Below are positions 26,781 to 38,811 of a stretch of 63,931 nt of DNA, piece by piece. The translations under genes and the position numbers were made by a program. The notes under the pieces were generated by a model. It saw nothing but the letters and a program-made list of their open reading frames with translations, searched no databases and had not been told where the DNA came from. How positions within the stretch are numbered: the stretch's first letter is position 1; each line of letters begins with the position of its first letter. This DNA comes from Octopus bimaculoides (Eukaryota): assembly GCF_001194135.2 (NCBI RefSeq), contig NC_068984.1, positions 67,142,802-67,206,732 of the forward strand, in the 5' to 3' direction.

Positions 26781-26891
26781 AAAATAACAAAGGAAAAAAA
26801 TAATTCTTTGGCACTGGGCAGTAGAAATGGTGGTGTACCCACTTCAACGGTATAGTCAGTTACAACGATTGCGTTACCCATTTATTCCATT

Positions 26892-27255
26892 TTAGATGGA
26901 AAGTGCTTTCCGTAGTATATGGGCTGTACCCATCAAGGTTATCTTTTGTAGTTCACAAAGATTAGAGTTACCAGGGAGTTGCTTAATATACTTCTCAGCT
27001 CCCTTCTTTATCATTCACAATGCACCAATTACTACTGGTATTATCGTAGTACTAAGCTTCCACACTTTTGTGATTTCAGTTTGCAGATCTTTTTAGTGAG
27101 ACAGCTTTTCGTATTCCTTTCTTGAGACATGTTGATCTTGTGGGATAGACATATCTATTAACAGACAAACTCCTCTGTTGTAGTCTTTGATCACAATGTC
27201 TGGTCGATTGGAGTCAATTTTTCTATTTGTATTCGGAAATTCCAAAGAATGTTGA
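26892..27255 (-). mobile_element. R4/Dong-like non-LTR retrotransposon, 5'-truncated REL-endonuclease fragment
   Basis: NTNRKIDSNRPDIVIKDYNRGVCLLIDMSIPQDQHVSRKEYEKLS / KDLQTEITKVWKLSTTIIPVVIGAL*...LQKITLMGTAHILRKALSI* (RPD...ID....KxxKY motif); 5' junction lies in an (AAC/AAT)n tract. Confidence 0.85.
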
Positions 27256-27308
27256 CGATTATTATTATTATTATTGTTGTTGCTGTTGTTGTTGTTATTG
27301 TTGTTAAT

Positions 27309-27520
27309 GCTGCGAGCTGGCAGAATCATTTGCACGCCGGGCAAAATGCTTAGAGGCATTTCGTCCGTCCTTACTTTCTGAGTTCAAATTCCACCGAGGT
27401 TGACTTTGCCTTTCATTCTTCGGGATCGATAAAATAAGTACCAGTTAAATACTTGGGTCGATTTAATCGACTTAAACCCTCCCCACGAAATGCTGATCTT
27501 GTGCCTTTTGTAGAAAGGAT
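27309..27520 (+). mobile_element. SINE family A copy
   Basis: GCGAGCTGGCAGAATC head, GAGTTCAAATTCC B-box, GCCTTTCATTCTTCGGGATCGATAAAATAAGTACCAG core, followed by an (ATT)n tail. Confidence 0.92.
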
Positions 27521-29019
27521 TATTATTATTATTATCATTTTTATTTTTGTTGCTAACTGAAAATGTTTGCTGAAGAGTTCTAAAAAGACCAAGTTTTGTC
27601 TGTTTCATTCCCCGGTTTGAACAAAAATCAAATCCACCCTACTCACTTAATTCATCTTAGATTATTCAGCTTGCTTCTTCTTTTCTTCTAAATGTACTTT
27701 CAGGGAAAATTTCTCTGTTAATTTGATAAATACCTCAGGTAACCGGAATTTTCAGCTCGCTATTGCGGATATGTGTATGTCAGATATTAACTTATTTGTA
27801 TGTATTATGCAGAACGGTCGCTCGACGAAGTAATTTTCCTCTAGTCATGTTGTTGTTATTCTAAACGTTAGTATTTCATAGCATTGCATATATCTCTTGT
27901 ACCATGAAGATTATTTCCATGACCCTTAAGTATTTCCAGATTCACTCATGTTTATGTGCAATGTTTCGTATAATAGTGTTGCGCATAACATATGCATTGA
28001 GGCTAATAGTGCAATTGGTTGCATGTTGTAAATTTTGAATATCAGGATTATAATGTATTTGTATTATTACTATTACTAGTTCATTTACTATTATTAGAAT
28101 TGTTTGAAATGCAATGTTACCTATCCATTTCTGAAATTTTCTATTTCGTCTGACTTGGGGTGCGTGTTCCATTCACTCGGATTGAAAAGTGTATGATTTT
28201 GTAAGTGTTACACTTTTTGTGGTCCTTAGCAATGAAAAATTAAGAAGTTAACTTTTACTACTCCGTCAATTACTAACATATCTCTTACATACTGTGATAT
28301 ATGCTTATGTCATTTAATTTTTGTGAATTGTAGTAGCATTGGGACCAAGCACAACAAGCAAACAAAAATCGTTAGAAGAGACGATATTTAGAAGAGACGA
28401 TATCAAACTTTACAACATAGAAATGAAATAAACATATAAAAGAGCCTTGTTATCCATCATATATTTACACAAAACATAAGCACATATATAGATATTAACA
28501 CTTTCACAAAAGCATCGCATCAAAACGAGCATAAGTAAACAGGCTAACAATTAAATAATACATGGCGATAGACTTGGTGATACAGCTGAAGTATCTTGTT
28601 TAGTCTCCTGTCAGCTCTGATGAAGAAACCAATGGATCAAAAACATTTCACCCATGTTCATCATGATTTTTTACCGGGTCAAATAAATCCACTGCAAAAC
28701 TAACATAGAAGCTAGTTACATCTAGGAAAATAAGGTGGGTATGATTTGAGGAAAGTGGGACTGATTTCCTAGCAGATAGGCCGGCGATGCGGAGGCTCCC
28801 TCGTTGGCTCGTTAGTAATATATGATAATAATAATGGCAGTAGTTAGCTTATGTACAGCACAAACGTTGGATCACTATGAATACATCTTCCAACATCAGT
28901 AGGAATCAATAAAACATCATGTGCTGAGAAAATGATGTACCTTCTGAAGAAAATGCACTGTAAAAGTGTTTGGATAATCTTTGAAACTTGTCTTTACCTT
29001 AGGTAACACACACACACAA

Positions 29020-29064
<45 letters not shown>

Positions 29065-29420
29065 TACACACAAGCACACACAGAGGGCAAACTAATGATG
29101 AGATAACTCGTCAGAAATTATTTAGTGAAGTTATTAAATTTAGATAAATTCCTAGGCCGTATGAAGAGTAGACACACGAGCCTCATTTATATCTTAGGCT
29201 GTATATTGATCTGTTGTGTGGACAGATGCCTGTGGTGATTACAAAATAATTATGTTCTTGTATATTGCAGTCAATCACGTATCACTTCCCATACTCTCGT
29301 TAATCAACACAACTATGGAAGACGTAACATTCTTTCATACTTCAACTTCATAATTCTGAATGATTTACGAAGTAAAAAAAAAAAAAGCAACAAAGCAAAA
29401 ACAAAAAAAAAAATCTCAAG

Positions 29421-29560
29421 GGTGTTAAGAAGGAATGCTTCGTGGTATTTAGATATATCTTCCAGGTTCAAAACTCAAATTCTACCGGCTTTTCACTTTG
29501 ATCTTCTCCATTCGTAGATCGATAAAATGAAAATACCAGTAGTGAACTGGTTTTGATTAA
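29421..29560 (+). mobile_element. Degenerate SINE family A copy
   Basis: CTCAAATTCTACC..GATCGATAAAATGAAAATACCAG resembles the family A B-box and core. Confidence 0.45.
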
Positions 29561-29630
29561 ATCAACTATAGACGAATTTTTCTGGCTTTCAGCTAAAGAT
29601 GGGAATCATGAACAGAAACAACAACAACAT

Positions 29631-29682
<52 letters not shown>

Positions 29683-29684
29683 AG

Positions 29685-29720
<36 letters not shown>

Positions 29721-29802
29721 TTACTACTACTACTAACGCAACTATCACAACTACATGTAAAGTAGTAGTAGTACAGTGATAGTAGTAGTAGTAGTAGTAG
29801 TA
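29631..29802. repeat. (CTA)n/(CTG)n then (TAG)n trinucleotide tracts
   Basis: Directly visible; source of the poly-Leu and poly-Val ORFs. Confidence 0.95.
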
Positions 29803-29931
29803 GGTTCGTGCTCCTTGCTACACCGTGTGGTTTGCTATACGAATATGCAGACTGCTATAAAATTGCGTATGTTAATATTCACACTAATATACATCACTTC
29901 ACCTCTTTGTCAACCTGTCTCTCTCTCTCCA

Positions 29932-29990
<59 letters not shown>

Positions 29991-30416
29991 TTATGACATA
30001 TATGATAGAAACATTTCTAACAGAGACATTAAGGTTATCTTCACTTTGATCTAGCTTTAATAATATTTTTATCTAAAATTACATTTAGCTTCCCTATGAA
30101 TGGTAAAGCATATATATATATATATATGCGCATATATACGTGTGTACATATAAATATATTCGTATACATGCATATATGTATATAAATATACATATATGTG
30201 AACATGTATGCATATATGAATATATATATATATATATATCAGTGTATGTGTGTGTATGTGTGTGTGTCTGTTTGAGCCTATATGCGTATGTGTGTGTTTG
30301 CGTATAGCAACTTAATCATTGCATCGATCTACCCGGAATATATTTTAGAAAAAGGTATTTTGAACACAGTCGCACACACACGTATATAAAGGGTAATAAA
30401 GCAAGCGAAAAGTTGA

Positions 30417-30462
<46 letters not shown>

Positions 30463-31121
30463 NNNNNNNNNNACATATATATATAGCACATATATACATA
30501 GTCTATATATACATATACATTTTAGATATTAATTTAAGTACCTATCGCAGTTAGATTCAGCAGTGAAGATATATTCATGATGTCGTGATGCTGCCAAACT
30601 AAAGGTGTCATGCACGTATATGTTTGACAATATCACGCAATAGGATAATAAAGGCACATCTAACAAAAAGAGTTGAATGTGAGTCGTGAACATTTCTATA
30701 CGGAACAATGGCTACTAATAAAAGAGATGATACCACTCATGAACCACTGGTGAAGAAATAGTTACATATATGTATATATGTGTGTGTGTGTGTGTGTATG
30801 TATATATATATATATATATATATNNNNNNNNNNNNNNNNNNNNNNNNNNNNNNNNNNNNNNNNNNNNNNNNNNNNNNNNNNNNNNNNNNNNNNNNNNNNN
30901 NNNNNNNNNNNNNNNNNNNNNNNNNNNNNNNNNNNNNNNNNNNNNNNNNNNNNNNNNNNNNNNNNNNNNNNNNNNNNNNNNNNNNNNNNNNNNNNNNNNN
31001 NNNNNNNNNNNNNNNNNNNNNNNNNNNNNNNNNNNNNNNNNNNNNNNNNNNNNNNNNNNNNNNNNNNNNNNNNNNNNNNNNNNNNNNNNNNNNNNNNNNN
31101 NNNNNNNNNNNNNNNNNNNNN

Positions 31122-31152
<31 letters not shown>

Positions 31153-32462
31153 GTGTATGTATGTATGTATACCCAGCTATGTATATTCATAGTACATACA
31201 CACTTACATGCATGCATATGTGTGCGTGTGCAAATATATAACAGCACCAGTAGACATACATATGTATATCGATCTATCTATATATGCTATCGTTTTTTCT
31301 GGTTTTCTTTTTCTCTTCGTCTTGATATTTCTCTCTCTCCTCCTCTCTATATGTGAACACATGTAATATGTATACATGAAGACAGCGTTTGTATTCCTAA
31401 GCAACTCTCTAATTCAAATCCATGCAGCAATAAACTGCCATATATAATTTAAAAGGAAATATAACCTATAGAATACTTTTGCTGATCGGATGAAATACGC
31501 ATTTTAAGATCTGGAACTTTACTAAATGGATACGTAGTCCTGTTCCTGACCTGAACCCTTCTGTATTGACATTTGAAGAAACACTGAGCACATACTTAAA
31601 TTATCTAAGTCTTATTTATAGAACATAAAGCAAAGCAGCTTCATTCTTACTCTTACTTGAACATATTTTGTAAGTTATTACCTCCCGGTTGCTTTTGACG
31701 TTTAATCAGTAAAATAAGACAGTCGTGGGAAGCGATATATAAAGATTATGGTTCAAAGTGCAGACGCACTGTTGGTGGCTTCCAGTAAATCTCCAGCTCG
31801 CTCGGACATTGAAAAGAACGTAATTTAAATCTCCACCGAGGTTTGTTACGCCTTTCGGGGGCCAACATTTTGTAACAAGTATGAAAATTTGTTGAAATTC
31901 ACTGTCTATTTTTCACAGAAATATTTTGCCTTATAACCACGTAAAAAATCATTATTGGTGTGTAACATGTCGTGAATGGCTGAAATGAAATGGCGTTCAC
32001 ATATAATATAATGAACATTAGATGATGTAATCTTTGATATAGCAAAAAATACTAAATTGTCACTGACAGAACGGCATATCCATCTGTCCATCCATCCGTT
32101 CATCTTTGTAAGAATTGAATTATTTTAGGAACCATATTGTCAGAAACTGTCACATGCATCATTGATGTTGACCGAAAAACAGCAACAACTGTGAATTACA
32201 TCATAAACAAAACTTTTTTATGTCAATTGTTTCGCAATAATGTATGGCATAGAATATTAACAAATGCATATAAATTCTTTTCTTTCTGACTATGTCATCG
32301 ACTAAATACATACCGATCAACGACCGTAATTTATTTGCATGTCTACGCACCAAACAATTGTTGACTTGATTTGACTTGCATCTCTTCCAACCTAGCATTT
32401 GCGCGAGATAGAAACCGTCACTAAAAGCAAGTGCCATAGAGTGAAGTACAGTATTTGAGCAA

Positions 32463-32493
<31 letters not shown>

Positions 32494-34037
32494 AAACAAA
32501 ACACATCAACAACAACTAGGTCCTGATTTCTCATTGGAAATGATGTGCAACGAGAAATGGGACAGAACCATTTGGAATTCACTGGATTATTTGTTAAGAA
32601 ATCTTACATCTCGAGTTGCAGCGCTAGACGGACAGATTCAAGTGTATATCTGTCCGCTCTACTGCCGAGTCAGAAGTAGATTCTGCAGTCTTTCTGAAAA
32701 ATCATTACAACAAAGAAACTTTTACATTAGTGAGAAAATATGTTTTCGTTATTATCGAACAACTTCGTCAATTATTCTCTAAAGATAAGAAACAATGCCG
32801 ACATGTTATTATCCCAAATATATATATGTATTATCTGTATAAGATATAGTGATAATCAAAAACTTAACTTCAAAGAGTGAATATCAATTTTTTTTTTTAA
32901 TGGTATGACACCTTTGTCTAAAATATTTTCGCAACAAATTAAAATGATAGTCAAATGATCTTTATCTACATATTTTTCACATTACGGATAATTGTTATTT
33001 GACAAACTGTTTTCCATTATCACCTTCCAAACCGCAATATTCTTTTACGGTGATGAACGCTGCTACTGTTTTGGCAATAAGTTAAATAATATTTCAAAAT
33101 GAAATGTATCTCCGAAAAGATACATGATATATTATTGATTATAATCTTCATATTATATTACTAAATATAAGTTAATTGGGTATATATATCTTCTTTAGTA
33201 TTTCTGAAATATTATCAAACTGCAGAGATATTTAAATTATTGAAAAATGATAACCATGATAAAATAGCACAGACCCGAAAATGGTGGTGTGTTGATTAAA
33301 GCTTCGGTGTTTCACATTTCTCCGTTGAAAAATCAAGACAATATATATGTACTTGTTATATCGTGGAAATTGAGGCATGAATTATGATCTGTATGAATAA
33401 ATACGTACACAAACACGCACATATCGCACTTTCAGTATATTTACACACACACGCACACACACACACAAGCATACTGATACGCATAAGAATATATATATAT
33501 ATATATATATATAAAATCTCTATATATTGATGCACATACACACATATACACACATGAAAGAATCTGGTGTGACCTTGAATATTCGTTTTATGGTCTTTAT
33601 TATTGGAAATGTTACAGGCCACTTAAGGCTCTTTTTAGTTCCTTTATGCAAATTACTTAGGCTCTAAATGTATTCTACAAATGTTTTGTAGTTCTTCTAA
33701 AAATTTCCTTCTCCTGGAGATAAAATGATGAAACACTGAGCTGATGACGGATACTGAGACTGAAAGATAACCACACAGGCTGCTTTTTTTAATGGCGCGT
33801 CAAGTTTAATGCATCCTTCATTATTGAGATTACCTTTCCTTCTTATATGATGTTGATCCCAGTTGTCACCAGGCGATTGTTTAAACTTCTCTAGGGGCGG
33901 GGATGATTTAAATATATTAAGTATTTCTGAATATCCTTGTTTGACTTTGTTGTTCTAATATATACCACTTGCCACTCACATGTAAATATCTATGGATACA
34001 CAGACGCAAATATATCCATCTGTATCTATATACATAC

Positions 34038-34092
34038 TCACACACACACACACGCACACAGACACACAAACGCACGCGCGCACGCACACACA

Positions 34093-34160
<68 letters not shown>
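34038..34160. repeat. (CA)n microsatellite abutting the Gypsy gag
   Basis: Directly visible. Confidence 0.95.
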
Positions 34161-34162
<2 letters not shown>

Positions 34163-34760
34163 ACTTTTATAAATTTTTTAGAATCATTTCCTGCTGAACC
34201 GCCTATCACTGATGAAAGCAAGCTTAGGTGTTTGATAGCGCACATAGATAAAGACGTTTACGACCTCACAAGTAAATATGAGAATTACGCAGAAGCATTT
34301 CAAACTCTGGAGAGACTGTACGTGGAACCCTCGAACATTATTTTAGTGAGACACCTTTTGATGACATGCAAACAAGAACCAGGTCAATCAGTTGACTACT
34401 ATTTACAGAAATTGAAACGACTAGCAAAAGATTGTGGTACAGAGCAGTGGACGCTGAGCCTCACAAAAAATGAAGCTGTTTGTGACGCATTTATCTCGGG
34501 ATTAACGTCATCGTCAACTCGCCTTAGACTTTTAGAAAATGTTCAAGATGCGGCGATAACTTTAGAATCAATATTTAACCAAGCTCGCACGCTGGAAGTT
34601 GCTCAAAGGATCCTTTTGCGGATCTAATGATTTTCATCCGAGGTTTAAGTGTCCCGCTAGGCGGAGCAAGTGTTACAAATGTGGATATTTTGGTCATTTT
34701 GCTAAGGAATGCCGGTCAAGTAACCGCAAAAATGTTGATAAGACATCAGCAGCTCTTGAT
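34160..34760 (+). pseudogene. gag: Gypsy gag with two Cys-His zinc knuckles (frameshifted)
   Basis: [10 protein letters not shown]...VRHLLMTCKQEPGQSVDYYLQKLKRLAKDC...DAFISGL...RLRLLEN...ARTLEVAQ; then SFCGSNDFHPRFKCPARRSKCYKCGYFGHFAKECRS (CX2CX4HX4C). Confidence 0.9.
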
Positions 34761-34819
34761 GATGTCTTATCCGCGGTTTTATGTCAAGATGGAGCTGCTA
34801 CTAAAGTATTATAAAATAA

Positions 34820-37250
34820 GTCGATGGCGTGAAAGCATTTGCTTTTATTGATACCGACTCTACTATGAATCATATTAGCAAAGACTTTGCAAAGAAACAA
34901 ATTAGTGGTGAAGTCCGAAAGGAATGAAATTTGCATGGCTGTCAATGAAAATTGTTCTCAAAGCGACAGTTATTGTATGGGTTCAACTGAACATCAAGGA
35001 AGAATTTACGTGCAAGTAAAGCTGGTGGTACTTGATAATTTGTTTGTAGATATAATTTTAGGACAAAATTTCTTAAAACGGCATCAACATGTACAAATTG
35101 CCTTTGGCGGCGACAAACCCCGGTTACATTTGGGAGCTTTAAGCTGCATTAAAATTGATATTACATCGAGGTTGTTTGAAAATTTTAACTCTGACTGTAA
35201 ACCCATAGTTACGAAATCGAGAAGACAGTCCGGCAATATTGAAAAAATTATTGCTGATACTATAAGCCGAGATCTCGCAGAAGAGATAATGGAACCTAGT
35301 GTTTCTCCCTGGCGAGACCAGGTATTGGTAATATCAGGAGAAAATCATCACAAGAGACTGTGTACTGATTGTAGTGAGACTATAAATAAGTTTATACAAT
35401 TAGATGGATATCCTCTGCCAAATATGCATGACATGGTCACAAAAAAAGCTCAATTTAATTATTTTAGCACATTTGATCTCAAAAGTGCGTATCATGAAGT
35501 TGAGATTCCAGTTGAAGATCGACCTTAAACGGCTCTCGAAGCACAGGCAAAATTGTTTCAAAGCAAACGTATTGCTTTCGGACTTACAATTGCAGTGCCC
35601 TGTTTCCAAAGAATGATCGATAATATAATCAAGAGCCATAATTGTAGAGCTACTTTTGCATATATCGACAACATAACTATGTGTGGTAAATCGAAGGAAG
35701 AACATGATCAAAATTTAAAACATTTTCTTCAAGTTGCTAAAGACAGTAATTTAACTTTTAATGATGCCGAATGCATATACAGCACTACACTGATTCGATT
35801 GCTTGGCTATGAAGTTCAAAATGCTAACTTGAAACCTGACCCTGACCGGGTAAAACCCTTACTAGAACTACCTATTCCTAGTACCCACAAAGCATTGAGT
35901 CGAATTGTTGGTCTATTTGCGTATTATTCCAAATGAATTCTAAAATTCTCTGACAGGATAAAACTGTTGGTTGATACTAAATATCTTCCTTTGAGTGAAC
36001 AAGCCTTGTCAAGTTTAAAAACTTTACGAGATGATTTAGCAAATGCTACCTTAGAAGTGATTGATAAAAGCCTTCCTTTCTCAATAGAAACAGACGCATC
36101 GGAGGTAGTTACATATGACATTTTACACCAAAACGGAAAACCAGTTGCATTTTCTTCAAGAACCCTCAACCCAAGGGAGCGTCGTTATTATTGTATTGAC
36201 ATAGAGGCCACAGCGAATGTGGAATCGTTGAGAAAATGGTTTCATTTTCTTCTCGGACGTAACTTCACACTAATAACCTATCAAAACAGTGTGGCTTTTA
36301 TGTTTAATTGTCAAAAGCGCAATAAACCTAAAAACGAAAAGATAATGCGTTGGCGAATCGAACTAGCCCAGTATAAATTTGATATCATTTACCGCCAAGG
36401 CAAGTTTAATGTTGCATTTGATGCTTTATCGCGTACCTATTGAGCAGCCACGACTGATAATGAACTGTACCGTGTTCACGCAGCGCTGTGTCATCCTGGG
36501 ATCACACGATTGTTTCATTATATTAAAGTTAAGAATTTACCATACTCTGTAGATGATGTAAAGTGTATAACTAACAATTGTGTAAATATGTTGTGAGGTG
36601 AATCCTCGTTTTACTAAAACCTCTGCTTCGTCAGTAATTAAATCTAATCAAGCTTTTGAAAGATTGAGTGTTGATTTTAAAGGACCCGTACCGTCAGTGC
36701 TAAAGAACCATTATTTTTTAACTGTTGTGGATGAGTATTCACATTTTTCGTTTATTTTCCCATGTACTGATGCTAGTGCTCACTCCGTTATTAGTAATTT
36801 GAAGGTTTTGTTTAATCTTTTTGGATTTCCTGCTGTTATTCATAGGGATAATGCTAAATGTTTTGTATCTAAAGAACTTAAACAATTTCTGTATGATAGG
36901 GGTATAGCGATTAATCATTCTACTGAGTACAATCCTCGTGGAAATGCTCAATGTGAAAGGTATTATGGAGTAATACGGAATTCCATTAAATTGATCTTAC
37001 GTAGCAGAAATTTAACAGTTTCTCAAAGGGAAGTCGTGCTTCCAGAAATTTTGCATCTGCAGCATTCATTATTATGTACCGCAGCTAATGCGACCCCGCA
37101 TGGGAGATTCTTGAAATTTCCTAGACGTTCCATTTGTGGTGTTTCCGTTCCTACTTGGTTAATGCAATGATCTGACAAAGTGTTTGTTAAACGACATGTA
37201 CGCACGGAAGATTTGTTTATAGTGATCAAACGTTTGTGCTGTACATTAGC
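34820..37250 (+). pseudogene. pol: Gypsy pol (aspartic protease, RT, RNase H, integrase), disrupted
   Basis: Protease AFIDTDST (34844-34864); RT SPWRDQV, DGYPLP, DLKSAYHEV, RIAFGL, AYIDNI, LLGY; RNase H ETDAS, PVAFSSRTL, IEATA, RWRIEL, FDALSR; integrase HAALCHPG..C, SVDFKGP, IHRDNA, NPRGNAQCER. Confidence 0.95.
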
Positions 37251-37394
37251 TAACTGCCTCCATCAAATCAACATTACTTGTACTATTATGCAGGGTTCTC
37301 TCTCAGAACAACGTGAAATGAAGTGTTTTCGCGAAGATCACATGGCATCGATCATGAATGCAAGACCCTAACCACTAGACAACAAGTGGCGGTG

Positions 37395-37563
37395 TGTAGG
37401 AGGCGTAATGCCTCCCTTTTATGTATCAATGAACATTACGAATAATGTAAGAAGATTGTTGTCTCATATATAAGAGAACAATGTTTTCGGGGATCAGACA
37501 GTCGGCGGGCGCAGCTTTTTCCCCCATTTATTCATTAATCATCATTTTTTCATTCATATAACA
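37395..37563 (+). repeat. Candidate 3' LTR (~170 bp, TGT...ACA)
   Basis: Follows the integrase and a purine-rich AAGTGGCGG tract (PPT-like); starts TGTAGG, ends ATAACA, contains TATA-like ATATAAG. No partner LTR seen upstream, so unconfirmed. Confidence 0.5.
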
Positions 37564-37642
37564 TGTCTATGTCCAGCCCGCAGCTTCCCTTTTTCTGTAT
37601 GAGGCCTTTATGGCCAATTTTAAATGAAATAAAGAATCTTCT

Positions 37643-37964
37643 AGGTGCAGTCCTTCTGCGAGGCACCTTGGACAAGTGTCTTCTGCTATTGGTAGTCAGA
37701 AAGAAACCCGTCGTATATAATGTGTGTGTAATGAAGTGTGTGTGAGTGAAAGTCCCTACTACCGCTTGTCTCACCACTTAGCAACCGGTGTTTGTGTGTT
37801 TACTTCTCCGTAACTTAACGGTTCGGCAAAAATGAGTATGACAGAATAAGTGCCACGCTTAAAAAAATAAGTACTAAGGTAAATTCGTTCGACTAAAAAA
37901 TTATGCTAGACTGCACTCCAACATGGTCGCAGTCTAATGATTGAAACGAGTAAAAGATGAAAAG
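37643..37964 (+). mobile_element. SINE family B copy (diverged, 5'-truncated)
   Basis: GGCACCTTGGACAAGTGTCTTCT...AAACCCGTCGTATATA-(TG)n-...AACGGTTCGGCAAA...GAAACGAGTAAAAGA. Confidence 0.85.
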
Positions 37965-38424
37965 TAAAGTCTTCATAATGTTTCACTTCAACTACTTACA
38001 TAAATACCTTCGAAGAAGTATTCTGTATGAAGCATGTATAAACTTATTTCATAGCTTTACCAGAAGAAGATGGATATACATGACATAAGCACATTCTTAC
38101 TCTTGCATACGCACAAACCAGTGTGTAACCTATGTTCTCGGACCGGAGCCGTAACCAGATTCTTTTAACAACTGATTGTCTCCTCACATAAGGCCAAGGT
38201 GATATTTTTAGCTGAACTCTAAATTAAGTCTTTTATTTAAAAAAGAAACGTTTCCTCAAACGGACTGAAATACCGTTTCTGGTTATCAAATTTAGCTTAC
38301 ATGAGGTTTGGTTAATCTAAAGCTACGACAGAAGACGCCCGCCCAACCATCCGCAAAGTATGGAAACCACACTAAGTTAAACCTGCGATTTCATTTTTAG
38401 GGAACTACATTTTACTGTTTCATT

Positions 38425-38811
38425 ATTACTATTATTATTATTATTATTGCTCAGTAGTTTTATTTTTATAACGTGCTTTCACTTCACTACCGAGCGCAGC
38501 TCTGTGCGCCTTGGGTATGTGCTGTGGTTTGCTGTGGTGCTCTTATGTTTACTGTATTGAAAGTGTTTTGCGTAGAATGTGTGCAGTACCCACTAGTGCA
38601 ATTTTCTGTATGTTATATATATTTGTAAGTCCTGGTGTTTTTGTTATGTATTTGTCTGAATATTTTTTTATTATACCTAAGGCACCTACTATGATAGGAA
38701 TTGTTTCTGTTTTTAGATTCCACATTCGAGTTATCTCTATTTCCAGGTCTTTGTATTTTGAAAGTTTTTCCATTTCTTTTAGAGAAACGTTGTCATCTGC
38801 TGGTATTGATA
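38425..38811 (-). mobile_element. R4/Dong-like non-LTR retrotransposon 3' end with (AAT)n tail (5' part lost in gap)
   Basis: SIPADDNVSLKEMEKLSKYKDLEIEITRMWNLKTETIPIIVGALG...IQKIALVGTAHILRKTLSIQ*; 3' UTR ends ...GAGC(AAT)n. Confidence 0.9.

Larger units (their letters stand above)
34160..37563 (+). mobile_element. Ty3/Gypsy LTR retrotransposon, decayed, 5' LTR not visible
   Basis: Domain order gag - protease - RT - RNase H - integrase (integrase last = Gypsy-type), with in-frame stops at 35526, 35934 and 36441 and several frameshifts. Confidence 0.95.

Noticed and set aside
28618-28650. CTGATGA hammerhead-like boxes here and near 4670 and 33744
   Set aside because: No correctly placed stem II plus GAAA with a closing stem III at any of them.
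32534-32782. 82-aa ORF overlapping the double hairpin, and a C/D-box-like ATGATG...CTGA pair
   Set aside because: TTG start and no protein motif; the C box is imperfect, with no terminal stem or D'/C' boxes seen.
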